Positions 1-9,903 of a DNA stretch of 64,000 bases are shown piece by piece. A program made the translations under genes and the position numbers. The notes under the pieces are model-generated. The model ran no database searches. It saw nothing but the letters and a program-made list of their open reading frames with translations, and was not told the DNA's origin. The stretch covers positions 32,001 through 96,000 of the forward strand of contig CBDUPA010000012.1 in NCBI GenBank assembly GCA_965368975.1, read 5' to 3'. How positions within the stretch are numbered: position 1 is the stretch's first letter; each line of letters begins with the position of its first letter. The stretch comes from an uncultured bacterium (GTDB lineage Bacteria; Acidobacteriota; Thermoanaerobaculia; Multivoradales; JAHZIX01).

Positions 1-1865
1 CGCCCGACTTCGCCTTCCCTGAGCGCCAGAGCCTGTGGCTGCCGCTGCGCGTCGACGCCGTCGCCTTGGAGCGCGGAAGCGGGCCACAGCTGGAGGTCTA
101 CGGCCGTCTGCACGAAGGCCAGTCGCTGGCCGCGGCGCGCACTGAGCTGGACACCATCTGCCAGCGTCTGGAGGCCGCCTATCCGGACACCAACTCCGGC
201 CTGCGCACCCTGGTCAAGCCGTACATCCAGGAATTCATCGGCGCGCGCTCGCCAGCCATGCTCAAGGTCATGCTCGGGGCGGTCTTCGGCGTCTTGCTGA
301 TCGCCTGCGCCAATGTCGCCAACCTGCTGCTGGCGCGCGCCGAGGTGCGCGGCAAGGAGATCGCCGTGCGCTCTGCCTTCGGCGCTCCGCGCGGACGCCT
401 GATCTTCCAGCTGCTGGTCGAGGTCACGGTCTGGTCGACTCTCGGGGCCGCGCTGGGTCTCGGCCTGGCCTCAATGGGGATCTCGCTCTTCCGGCGCAAC
501 ATCGAGGGCCTGGAGATCCCCTACTGGATCCACTTCCAGGTCGACCAGCGAGCCTTCTTCTTCGCCTTCGGCGCCGCCTTCCTGGCCAGCCTGCTGGCCG
601 GCTTGCTGCCGGCGCTCAGCGTTTCGGCGAAGCGTCTCGGTGAGACCCTGAAGGGGCATGAGCGAGGCACGGGAAGCCGTCGCCTCAGTCGCTTCAGCCG
701 CACCCTGGTCGCCTTCCAGATCGCCGTCTCCGTGGCGCTGCTGGCAGCGACCGGGCTGATGGTGCGGGGGACGCTGAAACTGCAGGAGGTCGACTTTGGC
801 TTCCCGGCCGGAGAGATCCTGACCGCCAACTTCGAGCTCTTCGACAGCGACTACCCCGAGGCCGTCCAGCGCCAGGCTTTCTTCGACAGCCTGCTGCGCG
901 GTGTGCGCTCGCTGCCCGAGACCGAAGTGGCCGCCCTGGCCAGCGCCTTGCCGACCCAGCACCCCGGCAACTGGTACTTCGCGCTCGAAGGTGAGAGCTA
1001 CAGCCGCAACGAAGACCATCCGATCACGCGCCAGGTCTTGGTCACCCCCGGCTTCTTCGAAGCCTTCGACGCCGCCCCCATCGACGGGCGAGCGCTGGCC
1101 GCCAGCGACGATGCCGAGCATCCGCCGGTGGCCGTGGTCAACCGATCCTTCGCCCGCCGCCACTTCGGCAGCGAAAGCGCCCTGGGCCGACGCATCCGCT
1201 TTGGCGTCGCCGATTCCGAACGCCCCTGGCGCACGATCGTCGGCGTGGTGCGCGATCTCGCCATCAGCGGCGCCGACGACCAGCAACCCGCCGGCGTCTA
1301 CGTGCCGCTGGCCCAGGAAGACGCGCAGACCCTGAAGCTGGTATTGCGCGTCGCCGGAGACCCAGCGTCGCTGGCGCCGCGCGTGCGCTCGGAAGTCGGG
1401 GCCATCGATGCCAACCTGCCGCTCTACGGGGTCGACACCATGCAGCAGGTGATCCACAAGGGCACCTGGTCGTACGGCGTCTTCACCGAACTCTTCGTGA
1501 TCTTCTCGCTGGTGGCTTGCCTGCTGTCCTCCGTCGGCCTCTACAGCCTGGTGGCCTTCTCGACCGGCCAGCGGCGGCGCGAAATGGGCGTCCGCCGTGC
1601 CCTGGGAGCCACGCGTCGCCAGGTCCTCTCGCAGCTGTTCCGCGAGTCGGCGGTCCAGGTGGCGGTCGGCCTGGCTATCGGCGTCGTCCTGGCGCTGGCT
1701 CTGGGGCAGGCCGTGCGACGCCTGCTGTTCCAAGTGGCGCCCACCGATCCACTGGTGCTGCTGGCCGTCGTCGTGGTGATCGCCGGCGTTTGTGCCCTCG
1801 CCGTGTGGCGCCCAGCGCGGCGGGCCGCCAATACCGATCCGGCAGTGGTCTTGCGCCACGAGTGA
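1..1865 (+). CDS. ABC transporter permease, MacB/FtsX duplicated type (ADOP-like), 5'-partial
   Basis: Frame is open from the window edge (PDFAFPERQSLWLPL...). Motifs LLIACANVANLLLAR, EIAVRSAFGA, RRREMGVRRALGA and C-terminal PARRAANTDPAVVLRHE. Confidence 0.92.
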   Translation, partial: PDFAFPERQSLWLPLRVDAVALERGSGPQLEVYGRLHEGQSLAAARTELDTICQRLEAAYPDTNSGLRTLVKPYIQEFIGARSPAMLKVMLGAVFGVLLIACANVANLLLARAEVRGKEIAVRSAFGAPRGRLIFQLLVEVTVWSTLGAALGLGLASMGISLFRRNIEGLEIPYWIHFQVDQRAFFFAFGAAFLASLLAGLLPALSVSAKRLGETLKGHERGTGSRRLSRFSRTLVAFQIAVSVALLAATGLMVRGTLKLQEVDFGFPAGEILTANFELFDSDYPEAVQRQAFFDSLLRGVRSLPETEVAALASALPTQHPGNWYFALEGESYSRNEDHPITRQVLVTPGFFEAFDAAPIDGRALAASDDAEHPPVAVVNRSFARRHFGSESALGRRIRFGVADSERPWRTIVGVVRDLAISGADDQQPAGVYVPLAQEDAQTLKLVLRVAGDPASLAPRVRSEVGAIDANLPLYGVDTMQQVIHKGTWSYGVFTELFVIFSLVACLLSSVGLYSLVAFSTGQRRREMGVRRALGATRRQVLSQLFRESAVQVAVGLAIGVVLALALGQAVRRLLFQVAPTDPLVLLAVVVVIAGVCALAVWRPARRAANTDPAVVLRHE

Positions 1866-1891
1866 CGGGGGTGCTGTGCCCTGGTGACGGC

Positions 1892-1928
1892 ACGACCCTG
1901 CAGCACGCGGAGTGTCCTGCAGGGTCGT
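1892..1928. terminator. Hairpin between convergent genes, likely terminator
   Basis: Perfect 12-bp inverted repeat ACGACCCTGCAG (1892-1903) / CTGCAGGGTCGT (1917-1928), followed by TT. Confidence 0.6.
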
Positions 1929-1965
1929 TTCATGACCGAGGTTTCGCCCTCGTCGGCTGCGGCTC

Positions 1966-4830
1966 CTAGAAACGGATGCCGGCGCTGATCCGATACTGGC
2001 GCGGGCTGACGAAGTTGCCGTTACTGGTAGCTTGACCGAAGAGCGGGCTCTCGACGTAGCCGGTGGGTAGGCCGAGGTCGTCCAGCGGGCTGGTCGGGTC
2101 GGCCGTGATGCTGGTGTTCCAGCTGATCTGCTTGTCTTCGTCGAGCACGTTGAGCACCTCGAAGCGCACCCAGGGTTCGACCGTGCGCCACACCGGCAGG
2201 GCGTGCTGGAGCGTCAGGTCGACGGTGGCGGAGTCCTCGAATTCGATGGTGCCGCGGCGGGCGAAGAAGATGTCCTGGTTGAACGGCAGGCCGAGGTAGC
2301 CGGGGTTGAGGGCGCGCTGTGCTGCCGTCAAACGGCTGCTGCTGACCAGGCTGGTGGTGCTGCCGGAGTCGTAGTTGAGCAGCAGGCTGAGGGTGAGCGT
2401 GCCGGCGCGCTGGAGGTCCAGGTTGTAGACCGACCACAAACGGGCTCGGTGTTGCTGGTAGCCGGGTAGCCGGCCGTCCGGGTAGTGACGTTCGGCGCTG
2501 AACAGTTCGGGGTAGTCGCCGTAGGGACTGCCGCCACCGGGCTGCGACGAAGCTTCGCCGACGAAGTTGCCGTGGTTGCGCAACTGGTAGGTCCAGTTGC
2601 CCTCGACGTACAGATCGTGGGCCAGGCGGTAGCGCCCCTGCAGCTGCAGCGATTGGTACTCGCGCTCGGGGACGTTGGTGTTGCGGTAGACCTCGCGGTC
2701 TTCGGGCAGCACGCCGATCGGGGTCTCGATGAACAGCGGATCCCCCGGCTGGTCGATGAAGTTCTCCAGGAAGTCCCGCAGCTCGCGCCGCACCCACGTC
2801 AGCTTGACGTAGCCCCCGCCGCGCAGCTGGGCCGCCACGGAGGCGCTCCATTCTTCCGACTTGGCCGACGACAGGCCGTCTTCGAAGTTGACGCTCTGCG
2901 ACTGGAAGTTGGCGTTGTAGGGCAGGTAGTTGGCCAGGTCGAGACCGGGGGCGAAGTCGAGCCCGAGGCCGGAGGGGCCGATGTAGAAGGCGAAGGCGGA
3001 GTCGGGGGTGCCGACCTTGCCCAGGGAGCCGAACTCGCCCTCGTTGTAGCTGCCGGCGTACTGGGCGTAGCTGATGTCGACCTTGTACTTGCCATTGCCG
3101 TGGATGTCGTACGACGCTGCCAGGCGCGGCAGGAGGGTGGTGCTGTCGGCCGGTTTGAGGCCGGCGGTGCTGGTGCCCTCGACGTCCTCGTAGCGCACGC
3201 CGAGGTTGAAGCTCCAGTGGTCGTCGAGGTTCCAGCGGTCATTGAGGTACAGCGTGTTGGCCTCGATCTCGATCTGCGAACCGCGTTCCGGGAACCACAG
3301 CTCGAGGGTGCTCAGGAAGTTGAAGAACGGTTGCAGCCGGCCTTGGGCGTCGGGCTGCGCGAAGTCGTTGGCGTCGAGGAAGACTTCGACGTCGAAGATG
3401 AAGTCGGTAGAGCTCTGGCTGTTGCCACCGACCCGGGTGAGCGAGAAGCGCTCGGCGCCGGCTTTGAGGTCGTGGCTGCCCCAGCGCTCGCTGTCGAGGT
3501 AGTGCGAGACGGACGCTGTCAGTTGCTCGTTGTTGCTCTGCAGCGGGTCGTTCTCGTCGAAGTAGGGCGCGTTGTAGTGCGCGAAGGGCGAGAAGCCCAG
3601 GAACGGCGAATCGATGATGTCGGTGCTGGTGCCGCCGCTGCGCTGCTCCACGTTGCGTTCGGAGTACTGCAGCTGGCCGAACCAATCCTCGTGCCAGACG
3701 CCGCTGTAGCGCGCCACGGCCAGGTCGGTGGGGGCATCGATGCGGTCGAAGGTGCGCGGGTCGATGGAGAAGAAGAAGCTGGGCTTGGTGCGCAGCGTGT
3801 CGTTCTCGCTGTAGGTCGCCTGCAGCGTCTGGCTGCTGCTCAGGTTGCCGGTCAGCTTGACCTCGAAGCGTTCGTTGTCAGTGGTCGAGGTGTAGGGCAC
3901 CTCGGTATAAGCGAAGATGTCGCTGGTCGAAGAGTCGGTAGCGCGACCGGCGGAGAAGAACCACAAGCGATCCTTGACCAGGTAGCCGCCCAGCGTCGCG
4001 CTCAGCGTCTCGTTGGTGTCGCCCTCGAGCTCGACTCCGGCCGCGTCTTCGAGCGGCGTCGTTTCACGCCACTCGGGGTTGCTCAGGTCGACGCGCAGGC
4101 TGCCCTCGAACTCGTTGCCGCCCACCTTGGTGATGGCGTTGATCACGCCGCCGGTGAAGCGTCCGTACTCGGCCGACACGCCGGAGGTGAGGATCTGCAC
4201 CTCTTCGAGGGCATCTTCGATGAAGAGGTCGTAGGCGTTGCCGGTGGAGCTGGCGATGTCGACGCCGTCGAGCAGGAAGGCGTTGTCGTAGCTGTAGGCC
4301 CCGTTGATGCTGACCAGTCCGGGCCCTTCGCCGACCGTCGTCACGCCGGGTGCCAGCATGGCGATGTTCTCCAGTTGACGCCGGATGGGCAGGGCTTGCA
4401 GCGTCTCGGCGTCGAAGTTGGTGCTGATCGAGGTGTTGGCCAGTGCCGGCGGCAGCTCGTCGAGGACCACCAGCGTTTCTTCCCCCTCGCGCGCTTCCAG
4501 CTGCACATCCGCCCGCGTCAGCAAACCGACCCGCACGGTCGCCGTTCGTTGCACGCTGGTCTTGCCGTCGAGTTCGAAGACCAGTTTGTAGTCACCGGCC
4601 GGCAGACCGCGCAGGCCGTAGCGTCCGTGGAAGCCGGTGACCGCCGAGCGCTGACTGAGCAGGCTCGTCGACCCGACCGTCACCACCACGCCGGCCAACG
4701 CTCGACCGTCGCCGTCCGTAACCTGGCCGCTCAGGTCGCCGGTTTGTTGCCCCTGTGCCCACAGGGGGCTGTTCCAGAAGAGAAGCAGTGCACATAGCAC
4801 GGCCATAGAAAGGTGTCGTAGAGAAGGCAT
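1966..4830 (-). CDS. TonB-dependent outer-membrane receptor, Oar-like, with N-terminal carboxypeptidase-regulatory-like domain
   Basis: Signal peptide; [14 protein letters not shown]; [17 protein letters not shown] plug motif; beta-strand-rich body; terminal Phe (ISAGIRF). Confidence 0.9.
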   Translation of the reverse strand: MPSLRHLSMAVLCALLLFWNSPLWAQGQQTGDLSGQVTDGDGRALAGVVVTVGSTSLLSQRSAVTGFHGRYGLRGLPAGDYKLVFELDGKTSVQRTATVRVGLLTRADVQLEAREGEETLVVLDELPPALANTSISTNFDAETLQALPIRRQLENIAMLAPGVTTVGEGPGLVSINGAYSYDNAFLLDGVDIASSTGNAYDLFIEDALEEVQILTSGVSAEYGRFTGGVINAITKVGGNEFEGSLRVDLSNPEWRETTPLEDAAGVELEGDTNETLSATLGGYLVKDRLWFFSAGRATDSSTSDIFAYTEVPYTSTTDNERFEVKLTGNLSSSQTLQATYSENDTLRTKPSFFFSIDPRTFDRIDAPTDLAVARYSGVWHEDWFGQLQYSERNVEQRSGGTSTDIIDSPFLGFSPFAHYNAPYFDENDPLQSNNEQLTASVSHYLDSERWGSHDLKAGAERFSLTRVGGNSQSSTDFIFDVEVFLDANDFAQPDAQGRLQPFFNFLSTLELWFPERGSQIEIEANTLYLNDRWNLDDHWSFNLGVRYEDVEGTSTAGLKPADSTTLLPRLAASYDIHGNGKYKVDISYAQYAGSYNEGEFGSLGKVGTPDSAFAFYIGPSGLGLDFAPGLDLANYLPYNANFQSQSVNFEDGLSSAKSEEWSASVAAQLRGGGYVKLTWVRRELRDFLENFIDQPGDPLFIETPIGVLPEDREVYRNTNVPEREYQSLQLQGRYRLAHDLYVEGNWTYQLRNHGNFVGEASSQPGGGSPYGDYPELFSAERHYPDGRLPGYQQHRARLWSVYNLDLQRAGTLTLSLLLNYDSGSTTSLVSSSRLTAAQRALNPGYLGLPFNQDIFFARRGTIEFEDSATVDLTLQHALPVWRTVEPWVRFEVLNVLDEDKQISWNTSITADPTSPLDDLGLPTGYVESPLFGQATSNGNFVSPRQYRISAGIRF

Positions 4831-4941
4831 GGGATCTCCTTACAGAACCAAGGTTGATGTGTCCGGACGCTCCGGACCCACCTCGTCTGGAGTCCCGCTC
4901 GCGGCGGGCAAAACAGATGAATTTCAGCTGCCTTGGCAAGG

Positions 4942-4957
4942 AGCAAGTCCTGTGCCA
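4942..4957 (-). promoter_or_regulatory. sigma54 (RpoN) -24/-12 promoter for the TonB receptor gene
   Basis: Minus strand reads TGGCAC-AGGAC-TTGCT, an exact match to TGGCAC-N5-TTGCW, about 110 nt upstream of the ATG at 4830. Confidence 0.75.
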
Positions 4958-5140
4958 GGGCTGCGAAGTTCTGTAAGGTGCTGAAGTTATTTGGTTTGTG
5001 AGTGCGAGCTTGGGTTGCCGATGTCCAGCTGCGGGAACGTGGGTGTCCTGGAGGGACTACGCTGAGCGGGATCGAGGTTATCGATCAGAGATCGTGAGGT
5101 AGCTTTGATGCGGTCACCGAGAAGGGTTTACGCTGGTTGA

Positions 5141-7183
5141 TCAGTTCGGCGGTGTCCACGGATAGGCGGCGCTCTGGCTTTGACGGTAGCGTTGCAGGTT
5201 GCCGTCGAGGCGCGCCGTCAACTCGGGATCCCTGGGCTGCAGCTGGGCGATCAGGCGTTCCTGGATCGCTTGCGCTTCTTGGAAGCGACCGGCGGCGGCG
5301 TAGGCCATGGCCAGGGTTTCGGCGGTGGCGGCGTCGGCGCGGGCTTGGAAGAGGGCTTCGGCGAGCTGCACGGCACGGTTGGGGTCGCGTGCCGGGGGGT
5401 GGGGGGCGGTGGCCATGACGCGGGTGAGCAGGAGGGCGGGGGCGGGGTCGCCGGGGAGCGCTTGAAGGGCGATCTCGAGTCGGTTGCGGGCGGTGGCGGG
5501 GTCGCCGGCAAGGAGCAGGGCGTTGGCTTCGCCGAGCCGCGCGGCGCGCTGGCTGGGGTCGAGTTCGATGACGCGACGGTAGGCGGTGGCGGCTTCGAGG
5601 AACTGGCCTTGGCCGCCGAGCAGGCCGGCGAGGTAGAAGTGCGCTTGCGGCAGTGCGGCGTCGAGCTCGAGGGCGCGGCGGTAGCCGGCTTCGGCGCTGG
5701 CGACGTCGCCGTTGGCACGCTGGCGGTTGGCCAGCTCGACGGCGGCGCGGGCGCGCGCCGGGGCTGGCAGGCTGGCGTCGTCGAGCAGACGTTCGAAGAG
5801 TTGACGCGCGGCGGCTTCGTCACCGGTGCGGGCTATGAGCATGCCCAACTCCAGGATGGCGTCGGCGTCGCTGGGGTAGTCGGCGACGATCGAGCGCAGG
5901 GCGGACACGGCGCGCGAGGTGTGCCCTTGTGCCAGCCAGGCGCGTGCGCGGGCACGGCGTGCGGCGGGGTTGTCGGGCAGGCGGCGCAGCAGGTCTTCAG
6001 CGGTCGCCAGGGCGGCGTCGGGATCGTCGGCGGCCAGCTGGGCTTCGATCAACTTGAAACGCGTCTCGTCGAACGAAGGGTTGAGTTCCAGCGCCTTCTG
6101 CAGGTTCTGCAGGGCTCCCTCGACTTCACCCAGCTGGAGCAGGACGGTGCCCAGGTTGTAGTGCACCACCGCGTTGTCCGGTTCCAGTGCGAGCGCCTTC
6201 TGGTACTGCTCGACCGCGGCCGGCAGGGCTCCCAGGCGGGTCAGGGCGGAGGCCAAGTTGTGCCGTGCACCGGCGTTCTCGGGGTCTTCGCGCACCGCGC
6301 GCTCGAGGTTCTGCCGCGCTCGCTGCAGGTCGCCGTCGACCAGGGCGCGGCCGCCGAGCTGCAGGTAGTAGCTGACGCCGCGTGCGTCGCGGGTGAGGTC
6401 CAGGAAGCGTGGGTCTTCGTAGCGCACGGGTTGGCGACCGGTGCGGTCCAGGTGGTAAGCGGCGCGTTCGCGGTCGCCCAGCTTGCGGTAGGCCTCGCCG
6501 AGCGAGAAGTGGACCAAGCCGGCACGCGGCTGGGCGTCGAGAGCGGCTTGCAGATGCTCCAGCGCTTCCTCGGTTTCGCCCTGGTCGAGCAGCGTGCGAC
6601 CGAGACCGTTGTGCACGGCGGCGTTGTCCGGATGGCGGTCGAGGAGCGCCGCGAAGATCGTCCGTGCCTCGGCTGCCTGCCCCAGCTCGAGCAAGACTTC
6701 GCCCAGCTGCAGCTGCGCCGGCATGTCGTCCGGCTCCAAGCTGAGCACGGCTCGGAAGCTGTCCACCGCCTGCTGCAAGTCTCCGTCCGTGCGCTGCAGC
6801 ATGCCGAGGTAGTAGGGCCAGTCGGCATTGCGGGGGTCGAGCAGGTGAGCGTTGCGGTAGCTGGCGACGGCGCTGTCGACCAGGTCGTAGAGGTGGTAGA
6901 GCCGGCCCATCTCGCCGTAGGCGTCGGCCAGCTGCTGGACGTCGGCGCTGCCGCTGCGCAGCTCTTCGAGCGTGCGCCGCTGAGCGCGCAGCTGCTCCTG
7001 CACCGGCTGGTCCATGTTGTCGAGCGGTGGGTGCGGGATCGGCTCCAACTGGTCGAAGTCGACCCCCGGGCCGCAGGCTGCCAGCAGTATGGCGACCAGC
7101 AGGAGCCCGACGGCCCAAGAAGGGCCGAGCGAAGCATGGCCAGAGTCGGGGCAGGCTGCCCGTGGAGTTGTGTCGAATCTCAT
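5141..7183 (-). CDS. Tetratricopeptide-repeat lipoprotein
   Basis: Lipobox LLAAC; many TPRs (e.g. YQKALALEPDNAVVHYNLG); AGGAGA RBS before the ATG at 7183. Confidence 0.88.
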   Translation of the reverse strand: MRFDTTPRAACPDSGHASLGPSWAVGLLLVAILLAACGPGVDFDQLEPIPHPPLDNMDQPVQEQLRAQRRTLEELRSGSADVQQLADAYGEMGRLYHLYDLVDSAVASYRNAHLLDPRNADWPYYLGMLQRTDGDLQQAVDSFRAVLSLEPDDMPAQLQLGEVLLELGQAAEARTIFAALLDRHPDNAAVHNGLGRTLLDQGETEEALEHLQAALDAQPRAGLVHFSLGEAYRKLGDRERAAYHLDRTGRQPVRYEDPRFLDLTRDARGVSYYLQLGGRALVDGDLQRARQNLERAVREDPENAGARHNLASALTRLGALPAAVEQYQKALALEPDNAVVHYNLGTVLLQLGEVEGALQNLQKALELNPSFDETRFKLIEAQLAADDPDAALATAEDLLRRLPDNPAARRARARAWLAQGHTSRAVSALRSIVADYPSDADAILELGMLIARTGDEAAARQLFERLLDDASLPAPARARAAVELANRQRANGDVASAEAGYRRALELDAALPQAHFYLAGLLGGQGQFLEAATAYRRVIELDPSQRAARLGEANALLLAGDPATARNRLEIALQALPGDPAPALLLTRVMATAPHPPARDPNRAVQLAEALFQARADAATAETLAMAYAAAGRFQEAQAIQERLIAQLQPRDPELTARLDGNLQRYRQSQSAAYPWTPPN

Positions 7184-7240
7184 CAAGTCGTCTCCTGCCC
7201 TGGCCGCCGTGGGCCTGCGTACCGTGTCTGTGGGCGCGCT

Positions 7241-9109
7241 CTACGAGTCCGGCACCGCCGTCTCGTCCCTCTCCGGCGTACCCGTGCCCTGGACGAGGGT
7301 CACATACTCGCCGGTCTGGATGCCGCGGAACAGCTCTACTGCCGGCGCACCATCGACGGCGTCTGGCCAGTGTACCTCGACGTCGACCGTCGTGGCGGGT
7401 GTCTCGGTGCCGTCGCCGATTCCGAGTCCAAAGAGGACGCGTGGTGAGTGGGCCGAGACGTAGCTGCCGGCGCTACGCACGCGCCGTACGAGCGGTGTCT
7501 TCCCGGAGCGAAGAACAGCGGCACGCGCTCCCAGGCGGGGGCTGCCCTGGGCATTGACCAGGTTCAGGCCGAGCCAGCCGGCGTCGCTGGCGGCCGTCTG
7601 GTTGCGCAGCAAACGCACCGGGCCGCTGTTGTTGATCACCAGCACGTCCGGGGCGCCGTCGTTGTCGACATCGCCGACCGCCGCGCCGCGGCTCACTTCC
7701 ATCAGCTCGAACACCTCGCCGGCCAGCGCCGTCACCTCTTCGAACTGGCCGCCGCCCAGGTTGCGGTAGAGCTGATTCGGCTGCTTCATCGGGTAGACGT
7801 CACCCGCCCGCACCTGCGCCTCGCGTTTGCGCACCGCACCGTTGACCACGACCAGATCGAGATGACCGTCGAGGTCGTAGTCGAAGAAGGCGGTGCCGAA
7901 GCCGGTGTAGTCCCAACTCGGTGCGCCGAGGCCGGTCTCCAGGCTGGCGTCGTGGAACATGCCGGTCCCATCGTTGCGGTAGAGCGTGTTGGTCTCGCGT
8001 GCCAGGTGCGCCATGAACAGGTCTTCGTCGCCGTCGTTGTCGAAGTCCGCAGCGTCGACGCCCATGGACGCTTCCGCCTGCCCGTGCCGGTTCACAGCCG
8101 CCCCGGCCATCAGGGCCTCGTCCTCGAAGCGGCCCTTGCCGAGACCGAACCACAGCTGGTTGGGCATCTGGTCGTTGGCCACGTAGAGATCCATCCAGCC
8201 GTCGTCGTTGAAGTCGCTGGGGATCGCCCCCAGGGTCGAACCCGCCAGTCCCATGCCGGCGCGGCGCGTGACGTTGGTGAAGGTGCCGTCGCCGTCGTTG
8301 CGCAGCAGCCGGTCGGCCACCGGCTGGAAGGCCAACGGACCGCAGTAGTCGGGTACACCGCTCTCGGTGACGCAGACCTTGTGGCTGCTCAGGCTGAAGT
8401 CGACATAGTTGCCCACGTACAGGTCCTGGTCGCCGTCCCGGTCGATGTCGAAGAAAGCCGCGGCCACGCTCCAGCGGTCATCGTCGACACCCGCTGCCGC
8501 GGTGACGTCGGTAAACGTGCCATCGCCGTCGTTGCGCCACAGCTGGTTGGGGCCCAGGTTGGTCAGGTAGATGTCCATGTCGCCATCGTTGTCGTAGTCG
8601 CCCGTCGCCATGCCCATGCCGTAGCCGGAAGCGTCCAGCTCGGCTTGTTCGGTCACGTCGACGAAGCGCAATTCACGCCGTCCGTCCGGGTGGACTACCA
8701 GGTCGTTGCGGTACAAGCGGTCGCGGAACGTCTCGCCCGGTGCCGGCGGGATCAACGCGTCGTCGACCGTCTTGCCGTGACCGAGCAGATGCCCCTGCAC
8801 CAGGTAGACGTCGAGATCCCCGTCACCGTCATAGTCCAAGAACCCGCCACCGCCGCCAGTCATTTCCGGAAAGTACAATTCTCCGGTCATACCGTTGAAA
8901 TGGTGGAAGTCGAGACCCGAGTCGGCAGCGACGTCGACGAACAACGCCTCTACCGCAGCCGATGCAGCCGCATCCGCAGCCCCGGCCGGTGAGGCAGGGG
9001 GCTGTGAAGACGGTGCGGGTGAGGAACCTGAAGTTTCATCAGAAGGTGCATCCGCGCAGGCGGCGAGCAGCAGCGCTGCCGCGGTGCACAACACCATAGA
9101 ATTGTTCAT
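7241..9109 (-). CDS. CRTAC1-family FG-GAP repeat lipoprotein with ASPIC/UnbV C-terminal domain
   Basis: Lipobox LLAAC; repeated DYDNDGDxD motifs; SAGSYVSAHSPRVLFGLG...VEVHWP. Confidence 0.9.
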   Translation of the reverse strand: MNNSMVLCTAAALLLAACADAPSDETSGSSPAPSSQPPASPAGAADAAASAAVEALFVDVAADSGLDFHHFNGMTGELYFPEMTGGGGGFLDYDGDGDLDVYLVQGHLLGHGKTVDDALIPPAPGETFRDRLYRNDLVVHPDGRRELRFVDVTEQAELDASGYGMGMATGDYDNDGDMDIYLTNLGPNQLWRNDGDGTFTDVTAAAGVDDDRWSVAAAFFDIDRDGDQDLYVGNYVDFSLSSHKVCVTESGVPDYCGPLAFQPVADRLLRNDGDGTFTNVTRRAGMGLAGSTLGAIPSDFNDDGWMDLYVANDQMPNQLWFGLGKGRFEDEALMAGAAVNRHGQAEASMGVDAADFDNDGDEDLFMAHLARETNTLYRNDGTGMFHDASLETGLGAPSWDYTGFGTAFFDYDLDGHLDLVVVNGAVRKREAQVRAGDVYPMKQPNQLYRNLGGGQFEEVTALAGEVFELMEVSRGAAVGDVDNDGAPDVLVINNSGPVRLLRNQTAASDAGWLGLNLVNAQGSPRLGARAAVLRSGKTPLVRRVRSAGSYVSAHSPRVLFGLGIGDGTETPATTVDVEVHWPDAVDGAPAVELFRGIQTGEYVTLVQGTGTPERDETAVPDS

Positions 9110-9218
9110 AGCGTCGCGGAATGTACCATAGAGAGGACGAGCGACTACGATCGGGGGCGGTGGGTCAGGAGGGCGAAATGGGGAAGAGCCAAAGCTTTCA
9201 GAGCAAGGCTAGTTCGAC

Positions 9219-9584
9219 TCAGCCGATCGGCAAGCTACGAAGACGGAGAGCCTTTTCGTTGACGCTGACAATGACTCCCTGCTCCAGTGCCTGAGTGCAC
9301 CGGTCCAGAACCTTCAGCAGGTGATCCCGCACATTGTCCGGGCGCATGTCTCGTAGCCGAAAGATCACGACGCTAGGTAGCGAGAATCCACCAGCAGCCA
9401 TCAAGTCTGCGAAGTCGAGATCATGGGTGAGGATGATCCAGCCTTCGTCCTGAGCCTTCCGTAGTATCTGGGAATCTGTCAGCGTAGCTAGCCCGGCAGT
9501 ATTTAGGTGCAAGGATTCGTGGCCGTGCTCCGACAAGACTTGCGTCAAGCGGTGGGAGATGCCCATATCGAGCAGGAAGCGCAT
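9219..9584 (-). CDS. DUF5615 PIN-like toxin (VapC45-like)
   Basis: MRFLLDMGIS...D...ILTHDLDF PIN-like acidic motifs; coupled to the upstream DUF433 gene. Confidence 0.85.
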   Translation of the reverse strand: MRFLLDMGISHRLTQVLSEHGHESLHLNTAGLATLTDSQILRKAQDEGWIILTHDLDFADLMAAGGFSLPSVVIFRLRDMRPDNVRDHLLKVLDRCTQALEQGVIVSVNEKALRLRSLPIG

Positions 9585-9817
9585 CAGGCCGTAGCGGCAG
9601 CCGGGATCACTTGCTCGTCTGCCAGCCAGGCCGCGTAGCGCAGCGCTTGGTGCACGTCCTCGACTTCCAGGTAGGGATACTCGGCGACGATCTCATCTGC
9701 ACTCATACTATTGGCCGAGAGGTTGAGCAGCAGGGCCACGGAAACGCGCAGCCCGCGGATGCAGGCTCGACCGCCAAGAATGGCGGGGTCGAAGGTAATG
9801 CGGTCGAAGGTGGGCAT
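9584..9817 (-). CDS. DUF433 antitoxin-like protein
   Basis: MPTFDRITFDPAILGGRACIRGLRVSV...EIVAEYPYLEVEDVHQALRYA; AGGAG RBS; start at 9817 rather than the ORF-track start. Confidence 0.9.
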   Translation of the reverse strand: MPTFDRITFDPAILGGRACIRGLRVSVALLLNLSANSMSADEIVAEYPYLEVEDVHQALRYAAWLADEQVIPAAATA

Positions 9818-9903
9818 GGCGGGGCTCCTGTCAAGTGGACCGTGTCGAGAATCCATCATACCTGAGGCCTGCCGCGCGAGGCGCTGAGGTAGCATCAGAC
9901 GCG

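Noticed and set aside
7241-9109. UnbV-type protein plus DUF1702-like genes suggesting an enediyne cluster
   Set aside because: They are more than 30 kb apart, no PKS or thioesterase is present, and CRTAC1/UnbV proteins are common outside such clusters.
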